From an uncultured virus (IMG/VR IMGVR_UViG_3300037499_000085) (lineage: Duplodnaviria; Heunggongvirae; Uroviricota; Caudoviricetes), in IMG/VR virus record IMGVR_UViG_3300037499_000085: a stretch of DNA of 64,000 nucleotides. One strand, written 5' to 3'. The notes beneath the pieces are model-generated. The model ran no database searches. It worked only from the letters and a program-made list of their open reading frames with translations, and was not told the DNA's origin. Positions 26,908 to 35,979 of this stretch are shown here, in pieces (the first letter of the stretch is position 1; each line of letters begins with the position of its first letter). The position numbers were made by a program, and so were the translations under genes.

Positions 26908-27387
26908 ATGGACGTAGCAGACATCTTCAAGGATCTCGGAAGCGTGGTGTCCGGCGTCTCCGAGAAAATGGACTGGGCCGAGGACGAGATCGAAAAGGCT
27001 CAGGCCCGGCACGGCGAAACCGGCCGTGGCCCGCTGTGGGGCAGCTTCCGGGCGGTCCGGCAGAACGAGAATCACATGGCCGAAGAGATCATCTACCGGG
27101 CGCACGCCAGGGAGATTCTCGACCGGGTGGCCGCCGGTCGCGACGTCCGTCCCGGCACCGACGCCGAGATGATCGCTGCGCTCCGCGCGTCGTCGCTGGT
27201 GTCGCCACTGCCATCGGCCGCCGCGACCCTGTATTTCCGGATCGCGGCCCGGTCGTTCCCGGAACTGTTCGCCACGGTCATGGCCGTGATCGACTTGAAG
27301 GCATACGAGGCGGTGCACGGCACGGCCGCCGACGACCAAGAATCCTGGCTCCGGGCCAAGCTGGCCACGGACCGGGGGAAGGACTGA
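26908..27387 (+). CDS. hypothetical protein
   Basis: RBS AGGAGGAG. Confidence 0.7.
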   Translation: MDVADIFKDLGSVVSGVSEKMDWAEDEIEKAQARHGETGRGPLWGSFRAVRQNENHMAEEIIYRAHAREILDRVAAGRDVRPGTDAEMIAALRASSLVSPLPSAAATLYFRIAARSFPELFATVMAVIDLKAYEAVHGTAADDQESWLRAKLATDRGKD

Positions 27388-27389
27388 TC

Positions 27390-27689
27390 ATGGCGCACGA
27401 GATGTCCGAGGAGATGTGGCGCGCCTGTCACCCGCCCATCGACACCATCGCGATTCCGCCGGAGCTGTGCCCCGAGCACCGGAGCATCGCGCACGACTGG
27501 CGGAACAATCTCTACAGCTCGTACAACCCGTCCGAGTGGCCGGGCGGCTCACACATCATGGACAGCCGGACCAGCCACCGCGACCGCCGGTACGACTGGG
27601 AGACCAAGAACGAGGACCAGGTGCGGCTGACGGTCAAGTCGTGCTTGTCCGGCCGGTCTCCGCAGTGCAACCACCCCGAGGAGGGTTGA
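27390..27689 (+). CDS. hypothetical protein
   Basis: RBS AAGGA, tight packing. Confidence 0.65.
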   Translation: MAHEMSEEMWRACHPPIDTIAIPPELCPEHRSIAHDWRNNLYSSYNPSEWPGGSHIMDSRTSHRDRRYDWETKNEDQVRLTVKSCLSGRSPQCNHPEEG

Positions 27690-27691
27690 CC

Positions 27692-27925
27692 GTGGCAGCA
27701 AAGATCACAGATCCGGCCGACTTCGAAGAGCCGGTGTTCAGCCCGTCGGAGATTCTGGCGTGGACCACCTCGGACGCCGGGGGCAGTCTGCCAAACGTGT
27801 CCGCGCGGCCGTTCACCGAGTGGCTGAACGGTACGTGGAACCAGTTCGACGACGGCTCCGGCACCCAGACCAACGAGAACATCCTGAAGGGTGCCCTGGA
27901 GCACTGGACGGGGGGCCGGTCATGA
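27692..27925 (+). CDS. hypothetical protein
   Basis: RBS GGAGG. Confidence 0.6.
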   Translation: MAAKITDPADFEEPVFSPSEILAWTTSDAGGSLPNVSARPFTEWLNGTWNQFDDGSGTQTNENILKGALEHWTGGRS

Positions 27926-28212
27926 CTCAGGTGCGCACCCTCGCTCAGGCCGAGGAAGCGATCAGGGAGCTGCGCCCGTTCCGGCTGCGCGACACCCTGC
28001 GGGCACTGCCCGTTTGGAACGGAACGACCGGATCCCTGCCGTGGCCCGACTACCACGAGTCCATCAAGGACGCGGTGTACGTGGTGATCAGCTACGGCAC
28101 GCCGATCGCCTGGGTCCGGCCGGACGGCACGAAGGTGCTGCCGGACATCGGGTACAGCGCCACGACCGGGCAGCACCAGTACATCGTCAAGGACGCGGGG
28201 ATCGACTCATGA
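27922..28212 (+). CDS. conserved actinophage hypothetical protein
   Basis: YVVISYGTPIAW...YSATTGQHQ motif. Confidence 0.7.
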   Translation: MTQVRTLAQAEEAIRELRPFRLRDTLRALPVWNGTTGSLPWPDYHESIKDAVYVVISYGTPIAWVRPDGTKVLPDIGYSATTGQHQYIVKDAGIDS

Positions 28213-28514
28213 CCTGCATCCTGCGACTGTGCGGCGGCTGCAACGGATCGTTCTGCGGGGACAACCGCAACGAAACGTATTTCTGCCCGAAGTGCACGGC
28301 TGCACTGCCGGAGTTCGATCCCCAGCCGTACGCGAAGTGCGAGGGACGGCCGGACCGGCAGCAAGTCAAGTACGGCCCGTACCTGCGTGACCATGTCGTC
28401 CTCGCCCGTGAGGGCGACATGGTGACGATCAGGCTCCTGGGCAGCCCGGACGCACCGTCGTTCGAGGTGCACGTCAACAACCTGCGACCGCCGTGGGTTT
28501 CCTACGGCCGGTAG
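28209..28514 (+). CDS. hypothetical Cys-rich protein
   Basis: ATGA coupling; CGGC, CPKC. Confidence 0.6.
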   Translation: MTCILRLCGGCNGSFCGDNRNETYFCPKCTAALPEFDPQPYAKCEGRPDRQQVKYGPYLRDHVVLAREGDMVTIRLLGSPDAPSFEVHVNNLRPPWVSYGR

Positions 28515-28519
28515 CACAT

Positions 28520-28701
28520 ACGGGGAGGTACGCGACTCCCATGTCATATCCGCCGAGGGGCCTGAGCGTCGCTGTGACGTCCGGGCCCCGATACCTGGGG
28601 AGGTTGCACCACCCCGGCTCTGTGCGCCCCGCTGTGGGGCGCACAGAGCTTTGCCCCCGTGGAGTAACGGGATCTCGCCGGTTCGAATCCGGTCGGGGGC
28701 A
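28520..28701 (+). ncRNA. multi-hairpin RNA ending in an anticodon-less tRNA-like element (28653-28701)
   Basis: GCCCCCG-TG-GAG..CTC-GCCGG TTCGAAT CCGGT-CGGGGGC-A, preceded by a perfect 14-bp hairpin (28617-28649). Confidence 0.7.
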
Positions 28702-28745
28702 CGCACGAGAGACACGATTCTGTCCGGCCACCAAAGGAACCGATC

Positions 28746-28877
28746 ATGACAGACAGGCATGACCAGAACACCGAGGACGAGTATCCGCGCACGGTCGACT
28801 TCGAGCCCGAGCCGGAGCTGTTCGACGTGAACGAGGTGGCCGCTGAGATATGGGCCGCCACCCACCCGAAGGCGTGA
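28746..28877 (+). CDS. small acidic protein
   Basis: RBS AAAGGA. Confidence 0.55.
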   Translation: MTDRHDQNTEDEYPRTVDFEPEPELFDVNEVAAEIWAATHPKA

Positions 28878-28882
28878 TCAGA

Positions 28883-29026
28883 ATGCTGATTGCGCTCATC
28901 TCCGATCACCGGGCCCGCACGGTCCTCATGATCCTCGCTCTGATGGGTGCCGTCCTCCTCGCCTCGTGCGGGAGCGAAGGCGGCATGTACCAGGGCGGGA
29001 ACGACGACTCACCGCACTGGCGGTGA
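28883..29026 (+). CDS. small putative lipoprotein
   Basis: hydrophobic signal with an LLASC lipobox. Confidence 0.5.
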   Translation: MLIALISDHRARTVLMILALMGAVLLASCGSEGGMYQGGNDDSPHWR

Positions 29027-29121
29027 CTACCGGAAGAGACAACTGAATAGGAACAACGCGGGGGCCGGACATCGAGTCCGGCCCCTGCGATCGTCCGTCG
29101 ACCCGACAGGAAAGGACCACC

Positions 29122-29820
29122 ATGACCATCTACTACAAAACCGTCCGGATGGACGGCACGGACTTCTGGACAGGCACTGTCGACTATGCGTCGCTGTCCG
29201 GTACCGGGCGTTCGCTGCCCCGGTTGCCGGGAGGTCAGTGCTGCGGGCCCGGCGTGTACCACGCATCCACAGTCGCCGCTGAGACGCTGATCGGTGGCTA
29301 CTGGCCGTGCAGACTCTTCGAGGTGGAAGGCGAAGCGGTCTCGGAATCCGGGCACAAGCGTGGTTTCCGCACGTTGACTGTCGGCCAGGAGCTGCCTGCC
29401 TGGCGGGCTCTCGGGCCGAACGGCGAAGCAGTCGTCGCACTGATCGAAAAGGCCGAGCGCCTCACAGACGGAGAAATTTCTGGCCTCGGTGCAGCGTGGA
29501 ACGAGGCGAGGGACGCGGTGAGTAACGAGGCGAGGAGCACGACGTGGAACGAGGCGAGGGACGCGGCGAGGGGCGCGGCGAGGGACGCGGCGAGGGGCGC
29601 GGCGAGGGAGGCGGCGAGGGAGGCGGCGATGGGCCTGGCAAGGAACACGGTGGGGAACGCGGTGAATCACGCGGCGAAGTACCTCGCCGCGAGGAACGCG
29701 GCGGTGAGTTCGGCGCGGAGTGCGGCAATGGCGATGGTGACCCAGGACTTGATCACCGAAGAACAGTTCCGGATCCTGGCGGACCCGTGGCTGTCCGTTA
29801 TGGGCGGGACACCGGCGTGA
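29122..29820 (+). CDS. hypothetical protein with Ala/Arg tetrapeptide repeats
   Basis: GPGVYHAS...WPCRLFEVEG; 12-nt tandem repeats encoding AARD/AARG/AARE. Confidence 0.75.
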   Translation: MTIYYKTVRMDGTDFWTGTVDYASLSGTGRSLPRLPGGQCCGPGVYHASTVAAETLIGGYWPCRLFEVEGEAVSESGHKRGFRTLTVGQELPAWRALGPNGEAVVALIEKAERLTDGEISGLGAAWNEARDAVSNEARSTTWNEARDAARGAARDAARGAAREAAREAAMGLARNTVGNAVNHAAKYLAARNAAVSSARSAAMAMVTQDLITEEQFRILADPWLSVMGGTPA

Positions 29821-30047
29821 ACAGGCGACGGAGCACCGGGCGCCGGGACGGCTACGACCGCCATGGCTACGACCGTGGCCACCGGAGCCACGGCGGTGGC
29901 GGTAGCTGGTGGGTATGGATCGTCGTCATCGCGGCCGTCGTGATGTGGGGGTCCAGCAAGCAGGGGGACGGTACCCCCCGCCAGGACACGCCGCGCGACG
30001 GCAACTCGTCCACCGTGTGCACGCAGTACTTCCGGGGGGGTTGCTGA
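29817..30047 (+). CDS. small membrane protein
   Basis: GTGA coupling; WWVWIVVIAAVVMW. Confidence 0.55.
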   Translation: MNRRRSTGRRDGYDRHGYDRGHRSHGGGGSWWVWIVVIAAVVMWGSSKQGDGTPRQDTPRDGNSSTVCTQYFRGGC

Positions 30048-30049
30048 CC

Positions 30050-30319
30050 ATGCACGCGGACATCCTCAAGATCCTCTACCGCTTCGAAGAAACCGGCCCC
30101 GGGAGCGAGGTTCCAGCCGACGACATGGACGTCATCCGGGGGTACGTGACCGGTCTCATAACCGGCACAGCGTCCGTTCCGATGCGCGAAGCAGAAGCCT
30201 TGATCCGCTTCCTTCAGTGGGCGGACTGGGCCGGAGGGTGGGAGCGCGGTTACGACTCCGGTATCCGGAACACGCGCCCTGTATTCAGCTTGAACCTCGA
30301 TACTCCGAAAGGGAGTTGA
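30050..30319 (+). CDS. hypothetical protein
   Basis: tight packing. Confidence 0.55.
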   Translation: MHADILKILYRFEETGPGSEVPADDMDVIRGYVTGLITGTASVPMREAEALIRFLQWADWAGGWERGYDSGIRNTRPVFSLNLDTPKGS

Positions 30320-30326
30320 CCTGATC

Positions 30327-30605
30327 GTGGCAGACAAGATCACTTGGTACTTCGTTTCGACTGTGTCCGGAAAGATCGACACAGACGACGAAGGCACCCC
30401 GTTGCACTACCCGACGCAGACCGGCGCCGTGGATTCGATCAAGATCGGCGAACACGGGGACATCGGCACCCGGTACGTGGTCAAGGCCGAACTTAAGACG
30501 GTGGCTGTGGCCACTCGTTCATGGACCCTGGTATCCGCCAAGCCCCCGGCCGACCCGTTCGCCGGAGACCGTCCGTACGTGCCTGGCGACTTCCAGACCG
30601 ACTAG
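30327..30605 (+). CDS. hypothetical protein
   Basis: RBS GGGAG. Confidence 0.6.
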   Translation: MADKITWYFVSTVSGKIDTDDEGTPLHYPTQTGAVDSIKIGEHGDIGTRYVVKAELKTVAVATRSWTLVSAKPPADPFAGDRPYVPGDFQTD

Positions 30606-30618
30606 AGAGGAGCTGACC

Positions 30619-30867
30619 TTGAACTTCGAAGAGGACGACTACGCATCGATCAGAGATGAGCACACGGTGACCCGGTTCGCGGTCTTCGGGTGGCGCTGGT
30701 GCACCACACAGAACCGGTGGGAGCCGGTCACCCGGACCATGGCCACCCGGAAGCGCGCGTTCGAGCGGCTCGCGGAGGTGCGCGCCGATCACCCGTCTCA
30801 CCGGCCGGAAGATTTCCGCGTAGTGCAGATCGACCGGATCCACCGGACCACCGAGCTGAAGGAGTAG
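30619..30867 (+). CDS. hypothetical protein
   Basis: RBS GAGGAG, TTG start. Confidence 0.6.
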   Translation: MNFEEDDYASIRDEHTVTRFAVFGWRWCTTQNRWEPVTRTMATRKRAFERLAEVRADHPSHRPEDFRVVQIDRIHRTTELKE

Positions 30868-30872
30868 CGATC

Positions 30873-31016
30873 ATGGCAAAGCATGCCGGGCGACCGGCAC
30901 CCGAGCCGCGACCGCTGACCACCGGCCGCCTGGCCGTGTGGCTCACCTTCTGGCTCTTCATAGCGATCATGGTTCTCAGTACCGTGGTCGGCATCGCATC
31001 GGAGGGGGTGCAGTGA
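30873..31016 (+). CDS. small membrane protein
   Basis: RBS AAGGAG; one TM helix. Confidence 0.6.
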   Translation: MAKHAGRPAPEPRPLTTGRLAVWLTFWLFIAIMVLSTVVGIASEGVQ

Positions 31017-31330
31017 GCGAGCAGCCCACCATCCGGGAGCTGTGGCCGGAACCGCCGAAGAACCAGTCCGAGCGGTTCGAACACTTCCTGGACCAGTGGC
31101 GCGACGTGGCTGACGACCATGTGATCCTCTTCGCCACGATCGGTGTCTACGACCAGCCCACCGGCATTCTGATGGGTGATCTCCGTGCGCTGTACCAGCG
31201 TGCGCGTCTGGACGTGGACGCGGTGGTCTATGGCAGTGCGGCCGAGCGGCTCCGTCAGCGGCTCCGGAAGGACGTAGAACGCAACGGCCGACCACCCGGT
31301 CAGCCCGGCACCCCGAGCGAAGGACAGTAG
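31013..31330 (+). CDS. hypothetical protein
   Basis: GTGA coupling. Confidence 0.6.
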   Translation: MSEQPTIRELWPEPPKNQSERFEHFLDQWRDVADDHVILFATIGVYDQPTGILMGDLRALYQRARLDVDAVVYGSAAERLRQRLRKDVERNGRPPGQPGTPSEGQ

Positions 31331-31332
31331 CC

Positions 31333-31473
31333 ATGAGCCGACAGCGCGTACAGGTGCAGCGCAAGCCACAGTCAACCCGCTCGACCACCACCCGCGACCG
31401 GGACCGCACACCGGCCACCGACCGGCGAGAGATCCGTAAGGACATCGCGAAGGTGTGGTGGCCGGAGTCGTAA
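31333..31473 (+). CDS. small basic protein
   Basis: RBS AAGGA. Confidence 0.45.
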   Translation: MSRQRVQVQRKPQSTRSTTTRDRDRTPATDRREIRKDIAKVWWPES

Positions 31474-31574
31474 CGCAGCATCACAGTCCAGCACCCCCCG
31501 GGACACAACACCCGGGAGGTGCCGTTCTGTGTAGCTACGGCTACGCCCCAACCCCCGAGCGAGGAGCAGCACGA

Positions 31575-31847
31575 GTGAAGCGCCGTGACTATCTCAGGAA
31601 CATGAAGAGCAAGCACCCCCAGGGCTGCGCGTGGTGCGGGACAGACGTCCCGTCGCCCGTCACGAACATGACCACCTGTTCGGACGTCTGCACACAGATG
31701 CTCTTCGAAGGCATCGACGACGGGCCGCCCGCTTTCATGCTGGCCTACAACCAGGCGCAGGGAGGCGAAGCGCACGTGGCCCGGAAGATCGCGGAGTACA
31801 ACCAGGCGTACGGAGGCAAGCGTCCGGACAGCGGGAGCGATGGCTAG
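31575..31847 (+). CDS. hypothetical Cys-motif protein
   Basis: RBS GAGGAG; CAWC...CSDVC. Confidence 0.6.
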   Translation: MKRRDYLRNMKSKHPQGCAWCGTDVPSPVTNMTTCSDVCTQMLFEGIDDGPPAFMLAYNQAQGGEAHVARKIAEYNQAYGGKRPDSGSDG

Positions 31848-32367
31848 TCCGCTGTGGACCAAGGTAGGCGCGTTCGGCGAGTGGATCATTATCGAGACAC
31901 CGGCCGATCTACCGGGTGCCCAGGAGATCCACAACCAGAAGTTCGCGGACGCCATGACCGAACTCCGGCGCCGTGAGGCGGACCGGGCGGAGCCGTACAA
32001 CGAGGAGGTTGCCGCCATGCTCCGCGAACCGTGGCAGTGGACCGCGCACCGCAGACCACTGCCTTACTCGGCCGGACGTGGTTACTACGCGTCCGAGGTA
32101 TGGGAACCCGCGCTGCCGCTCAAGCGGTGGAAGCCGTCCAGGGCGCCGAGCGACAGGCAGGCACGAGTCAACGCAGAAAAGATCACCAAGCGTGACTACG
32201 TGCCCCGGTGCGCCCGACGCTGGGACAAGAGCGGGGTGACCCCGAGCATGTTCGAGGTCATCTACGAAGAAATCGGATCCACCCCAGAAGGAGAAGTAAA
32301 TGGCGACACAGGTACAGCCGACCGGCGACCTGAATCACATGTCCCTCGTGGACGCCGTGGCCGCTGA
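31840..32367 (+). CDS. hypothetical protein
   Basis: ORF whose 3' end overlaps the HU gene. Confidence 0.55.
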   Translation: MASPLWTKVGAFGEWIIIETPADLPGAQEIHNQKFADAMTELRRREADRAEPYNEEVAAMLREPWQWTAHRRPLPYSAGRGYYASEVWEPALPLKRWKPSRAPSDRQARVNAEKITKRDYVPRCARRWDKSGVTPSMFEVIYEEIGSTPEGEVNGDTGTADRRPESHVPRGRRGR

Positions 32368-32644
32368 GTCCGGCGTCCACCCGGACACGGTCAAGGCCGT
32401 GCTCCGGGCCGCGTTCGATGTGATCGGCCGGACCACGGCCGGTGGCTTCAAGGTCACGGTGACCAATTTCGGCGCATGGCGCCGGAAGACGGTCCCGTAC
32501 ACGCGCAACCCGCAGACCGGCGAACCCGCCGGGCCGTCGGCGTACGTGGCTTTCCGGTCCACAGGCCGTCTGTCCGCGTGGGCCCGGTCCGGCACCGCCG
32601 GGGCCACCCTGGCCAAGTCCCCCAAGACAGGAAGTGAATCATGA
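32300..32644 (+). CDS. HU/IHF-family histone-like DNA-binding protein
   Basis: LVDAVAAESG...VTVTNFGAW...RNPQTGE...VAFRS. Confidence 0.85.
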   Translation: MATQVQPTGDLNHMSLVDAVAAESGVHPDTVKAVLRAAFDVIGRTTAGGFKVTVTNFGAWRRKTVPYTRNPQTGEPAGPSAYVAFRSTGRLSAWARSGTAGATLAKSPKTGSES

Positions 32645-33138
32645 CCACGTACCCCGCAGGGGAGATCACCTGTAACGGCGTGACCGTGTCCGTGTTCACG
32701 GAGAACGGCAAGTGGGCGGCCGATCACGCCGGAGCCACGTGGCGCACCGACACGTGGGACCAGCTCGTCCATAAGATCGGCAGTGCCACCCGGAAGACCA
32801 CCAAGAAGGTGGCGGTTCCGGTCACTCAGGTAACTCCAGAAGGTGTTCTCGGAATCAAGTTCCGGCGCGGCACGGCGACCGGCATCCACGGGTCGAACGG
32901 CAACGTTCTCGTCACGTGGCACATGCTCCACGGCGACGTGAAGGACCAGATCAGTAGGTGGGGCAGCTCCGAAGTGTTCTTCGGCGAGGTGACGGACGAT
33001 GTGCTGGAGAAGTTCCACACCCTGGTCAAGGCCGCTGCTGAGGCTGAAGAGGCCAGGCACGCGTTCCAGAGCCAGCACAAGATCAACTTGCTGGAAACGG
33101 TCGAGCGCGCGATCGACCAGGACCGCACCGAAGCCTGA
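32641..33138 (+). CDS. hypothetical protein
   Basis: ATGA coupling. Confidence 0.7.
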   Translation: MTTYPAGEITCNGVTVSVFTENGKWAADHAGATWRTDTWDQLVHKIGSATRKTTKKVAVPVTQVTPEGVLGIKFRRGTATGIHGSNGNVLVTWHMLHGDVKDQISRWGSSEVFFGEVTDDVLEKFHTLVKAAAEAEEARHAFQSQHKINLLETVERAIDQDRTEA

Positions 33139-33488
33139 TCGTTCCAGGACCGTGACCCACCATCTCCGCCGGTGCTCTCCTCCGGCGCACCATGAAGAGA
33201 GCACCGGCCCATCCCACAACTCAAGAGCCGAGATGACCGCCATGACCGGCGAGATCAACACGTGCATACCGGCAGTCGAGATGCGTCACTACCTCGACCC
33301 GCTCGACACGGACGACGGGCCGCTCCAGCGCCTCGCCCTCCGGTCACCCGCCCTCGCAGGGGAACCCGCCTCCGAGGCGGTCCTGTTGCCTACCTCAGAG
33401 GCTGCGAGCGACACCCCCTGCGCGGGGTACCCGCTCGCGGTGTGAGGTCCGCACACGGACGTACAGAGCTCCGGCCCTGCCGGAGTGC

Positions 33489-33561
33489 ACACCTGTAGCT
33501 CAGGGGACAGAGCACCGCGCTACGGACGCGGAGGACGGGGGTTCGAATCCCCCCGGGTGTA
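33489..33561 (+). tRNA. tRNA-Arg(ACG), CCA not encoded
   Basis: acceptor ACACCTG/CGGGTGT, D arm GCTC/GAGC, CCGCG CTACGGA CGCGG, GGGGG TTCGAAT CCCCC. Confidence 0.92.
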
Positions 33562-33593
33562 CGCAGACCACCACCACTACGTAAGGATCACCC

Positions 33594-33941
33594 ATGCTCA
33601 CACTCGACAGCTACATCGGCTCCAGGACGGTCCTGCCGAGCAGGCTCGGACCGGGCGACGTCGTCGCTGACCTTCAGGGCGAGTTTGCCCTGATGGTCGA
33701 CGAGATCGAGCCCATCATGATCAGCTACAAGTCCGGTCCCGTGCCGGTGTGGTGGGTCAGGGGACACAAGGTCAACCCGGCCGGTCACTACGCCACCGTG
33801 ATCACGGTGTGCATTCCGCGTCAGCACTGGTACCTGCTCAAGCAGTCACAGCCGGTGGCCGCCGCGCCCCTTGAAGAGAGGAGCGAGCCTCGTGGAGAAG
33901 CTGTCTCAGCGGCAGGCGCAAGCAGTCCGTCTCGCCGCTGA
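33594..33941 (+). CDS. hypothetical protein
   Basis: RBS AAGGA. Confidence 0.55.
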   Translation: MLTLDSYIGSRTVLPSRLGPGDVVADLQGEFALMVDEIEPIMISYKSGPVPVWWVRGHKVNPAGHYATVITVCIPRQHWYLLKQSQPVAAAPLEERSEPRGEAVSAAGASSPSRR

Positions 33942-34074
33942 CGGACTGACGAACGGCGAGATCGCCGCCGAGCTGGGCATCGGGCCCGAGTCGGTAAAAA
34001 CGCATCTCGCCGCCGCGTACCGGAAGTTGGGTGTACGCAACCGGATGGAAGCAGCCAACAAGCTCAGGGGGTAG
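33892..34074 (+). CDS. stand-alone LuxR/GerE-type HTH regulator
   Basis: LSQRQAQAVRLAADGLTNGEIAAELGIGPESVKTHL...KLGVRNR. Confidence 0.9.
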   Translation: MEKLSQRQAQAVRLAADGLTNGEIAAELGIGPESVKTHLAAAYRKLGVRNRMEAANKLRG

Positions 34075-34077
34075 GGG

Positions 34078-34467
34078 ATGTGCGCACATGATTCACCCCA
34101 GGAAGCCGCGCGGTGTGAATGCACCGGGTACGGATTCGGCGACCCGTCGTGCCGCTGCGGTCATCCTCGCTCGGAACACGTAGACGGTACCGGCGCGTGC
34201 GTCGTACCGGTCGCCCGGTGTCATGAGTTCGTGCTGCACCTCCACGACCCGTTCCCGGTGACCGTGGCGCTCGTCAAGGCTGCCGCCGCCGAGGTGGCCG
34301 CCGAGCTGGACGTAGGCCCGCTGACCGCACTGCGGGCGGCCACGGCCGCACTGCTGGCCGGACACCAACACGCCGCGCACCGGGACTACGAACTCACGTC
34401 GGTCCGTGCGCAGAATGACCGTCTTCGCAAGCAACTCAGAGAACTGCAAAGGCAGTTGGACGTATGA
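34078..34467 (+). CDS. hypothetical protein, Cys-rich N-terminus and coiled C-terminus
   Basis: CRCGHPRSEH. Confidence 0.55.
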   Translation: MCAHDSPQEAARCECTGYGFGDPSCRCGHPRSEHVDGTGACVVPVARCHEFVLHLHDPFPVTVALVKAAAAEVAAELDVGPLTALRAATAALLAGHQHAAHRDYELTSVRAQNDRLRKQLRELQRQLDV

Positions 34468-34958
34468 AGATCATCCCCCTGTCTAGGGGGTACATCACCG
34501 TGGTCGACGAGGACGATTACGATGATCTTTCGCAGTACAACTGGTACGCACTGGTCATGGGCCCACACACCGTTTACGCGTGTCGAGACATACGACGAGA
34601 CGGCAAGCGAGTCTGTGAGTACATGCACAGCCGTTTGACTGGCTACCCCATGACAGACCACGCCAATGGGTTGAGTCTGGACAACCGTCGAGAAAATCTC
34701 CGGCGGACCACCTACGTCCAGAACAATCGCAACGCCCGTAGCCGTGTAGGCAGTTCGTCCAAGTACCTCGGAGTGACCTGGTACAAGCGGGGTGGCAAAT
34801 GGATGGCCCGGATACAAGACGGCGACAAGCGGACTCATCTCGGATACCACATTGCCGAGGAGGACGCTGCTCGCGCCTATGACCGAGCCGCGTTCGCACG
34901 CGACCCGCAGTTTTGTCGACTCAACTTCCCCGAGGAACACAAGGTGATCATCACGTGA
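34464..34958 (+). CDS. HNH endonuclease with AP2 domain
   Basis: TDHANGLSLDNRRENLR...NNRN; YLGV...EEDAARAYDRAA...LNFP. Confidence 0.88.
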   Translation: MKIIPLSRGYITVVDEDDYDDLSQYNWYALVMGPHTVYACRDIRRDGKRVCEYMHSRLTGYPMTDHANGLSLDNRRENLRRTTYVQNNRNARSRVGSSSKYLGVTWYKRGGKWMARIQDGDKRTHLGYHIAEEDAARAYDRAAFARDPQFCRLNFPEEHKVIIT

Positions 34959-35551
34959 GTACAGACAGCAAAGGGCTAAGCCGGGGGGACGGCATGGTTG
35001 ACGCCCGAGGGGTGTTGATCGAACCCGGCGATATCGCAATTTATGGCTTCGGCGTAGGCCGCAGTGTGGCCATGGCTGAGGGCCGCATACGGGACGACGG
35101 GTACGGTCACGTGTCGACCACCCCGAGTGGCCGCGTATGGGTGAGCATCGTGCGCCGGTCGTACGGGAGTGGCACGGAAGACCGCGTGCACGTGGCGCCG
35201 GACCGCCTCGTCGTCCTCAAGCAGGGGCTCAACAACCAGGGTGACTTGGACCCAGGAATCCCCACGCTGTATCCGTCGCCGTTGCCGACCCAGGACGAGA
35301 CCAACCTGAAGGAACTGCAAGAGCTGGTCGCACGTACCCGGGCCACCCTCGAAGCCCTGGAAGCCGGGGGTCTTGTGCCGGATTACTGGCGTCACGACTA
35401 CATGCGCCGGAGCCTGGCCGCGCAGGGGGTCGACGCGGACGACGAGGCCGCGTTGCACGCCCACGTACTTCGCAAGGAACGCACATGGCTACAGGAGCGC
35501 GAGGCTCGGTTGACGGAGCTGCGGGCCCGGATGGAGGCGGATCCGTCGTGA
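34955..35551 (+). CDS. hypothetical protein
   Basis: GTGA coupling. Confidence 0.65.
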   Translation: MSTDSKGLSRGDGMVDARGVLIEPGDIAIYGFGVGRSVAMAEGRIRDDGYGHVSTTPSGRVWVSIVRRSYGSGTEDRVHVAPDRLVVLKQGLNNQGDLDPGIPTLYPSPLPTQDETNLKELQELVARTRATLEALEAGGLVPDYWRHDYMRRSLAAQGVDADDEAALHAHVLRKERTWLQEREARLTELRARMEADPS

Positions 35552-35670
35552 CGTGGCTTCACTGGTTCTACCGGATCCTCATGTGCCCGTTCACGGGCCA
35601 TGAGTACTCCCTGCCTCTCAACCGCTGCATCCACTGCCGGAAAGAACCCCGCCCATGGCCGAAGAGGTGA
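35548..35670 (+). CDS. small Cys/His protein
   Basis: CPFTGH...CIHC. Confidence 0.45.
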   Translation: MTWLHWFYRILMCPFTGHEYSLPLNRCIHCRKEPRPWPKR

Positions 35671-35918
35671 GATGGCCGCCGAAGCACGAGACGTACTGTC
35701 GCGAGTGCCGGAAGATAGTGGCCGCTCGGATCGATCTCGGGTCGCTGGACACGCCGGACACGCACTTCGTGTTCTGCACGGTGGACGACTACGGCCGCCG
35801 GGGGGGTCCGTTCAAAGTGTGCCAGGGGCGGCGCGGCACGTCGGCCCTGACCCACGGCATGGAAGACCCGAGGGCCGCGTCCTACGTGGGACCGGAACCG
35901 GTGGACCTATGCTTGTGA
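35655..35918 (+). CDS. hypothetical protein
   Basis: CREC motif. Confidence 0.5.
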   Translation: MAEEVRWPPKHETYCRECRKIVAARIDLGSLDTPDTHFVFCTVDDYGRRGGPFKVCQGRRGTSALTHGMEDPRAASYVGPEPVDLCL

Positions 35919-35979
35919 CCGGACTGGCCAACGGCCGGTCCTGAAGGTCCGATCCACCGCACCGACGTACGGAGACACC

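Noticed and set aside
29495..29640. 12-nt tandem repeats as a regulatory or contingency locus
   Set aside because: In frame and explained by an Ala-rich tetrapeptide repeat common in actinophage proteins
33233..33445. ORF ending YPLAV as a tmRNA tag reading frame
   Set aside because: No tmRNA-like 5'/3' acceptor pairing around it; the following RNA is an ordinary tRNA-Arg, and the coding status of the ORF is itself uncertain
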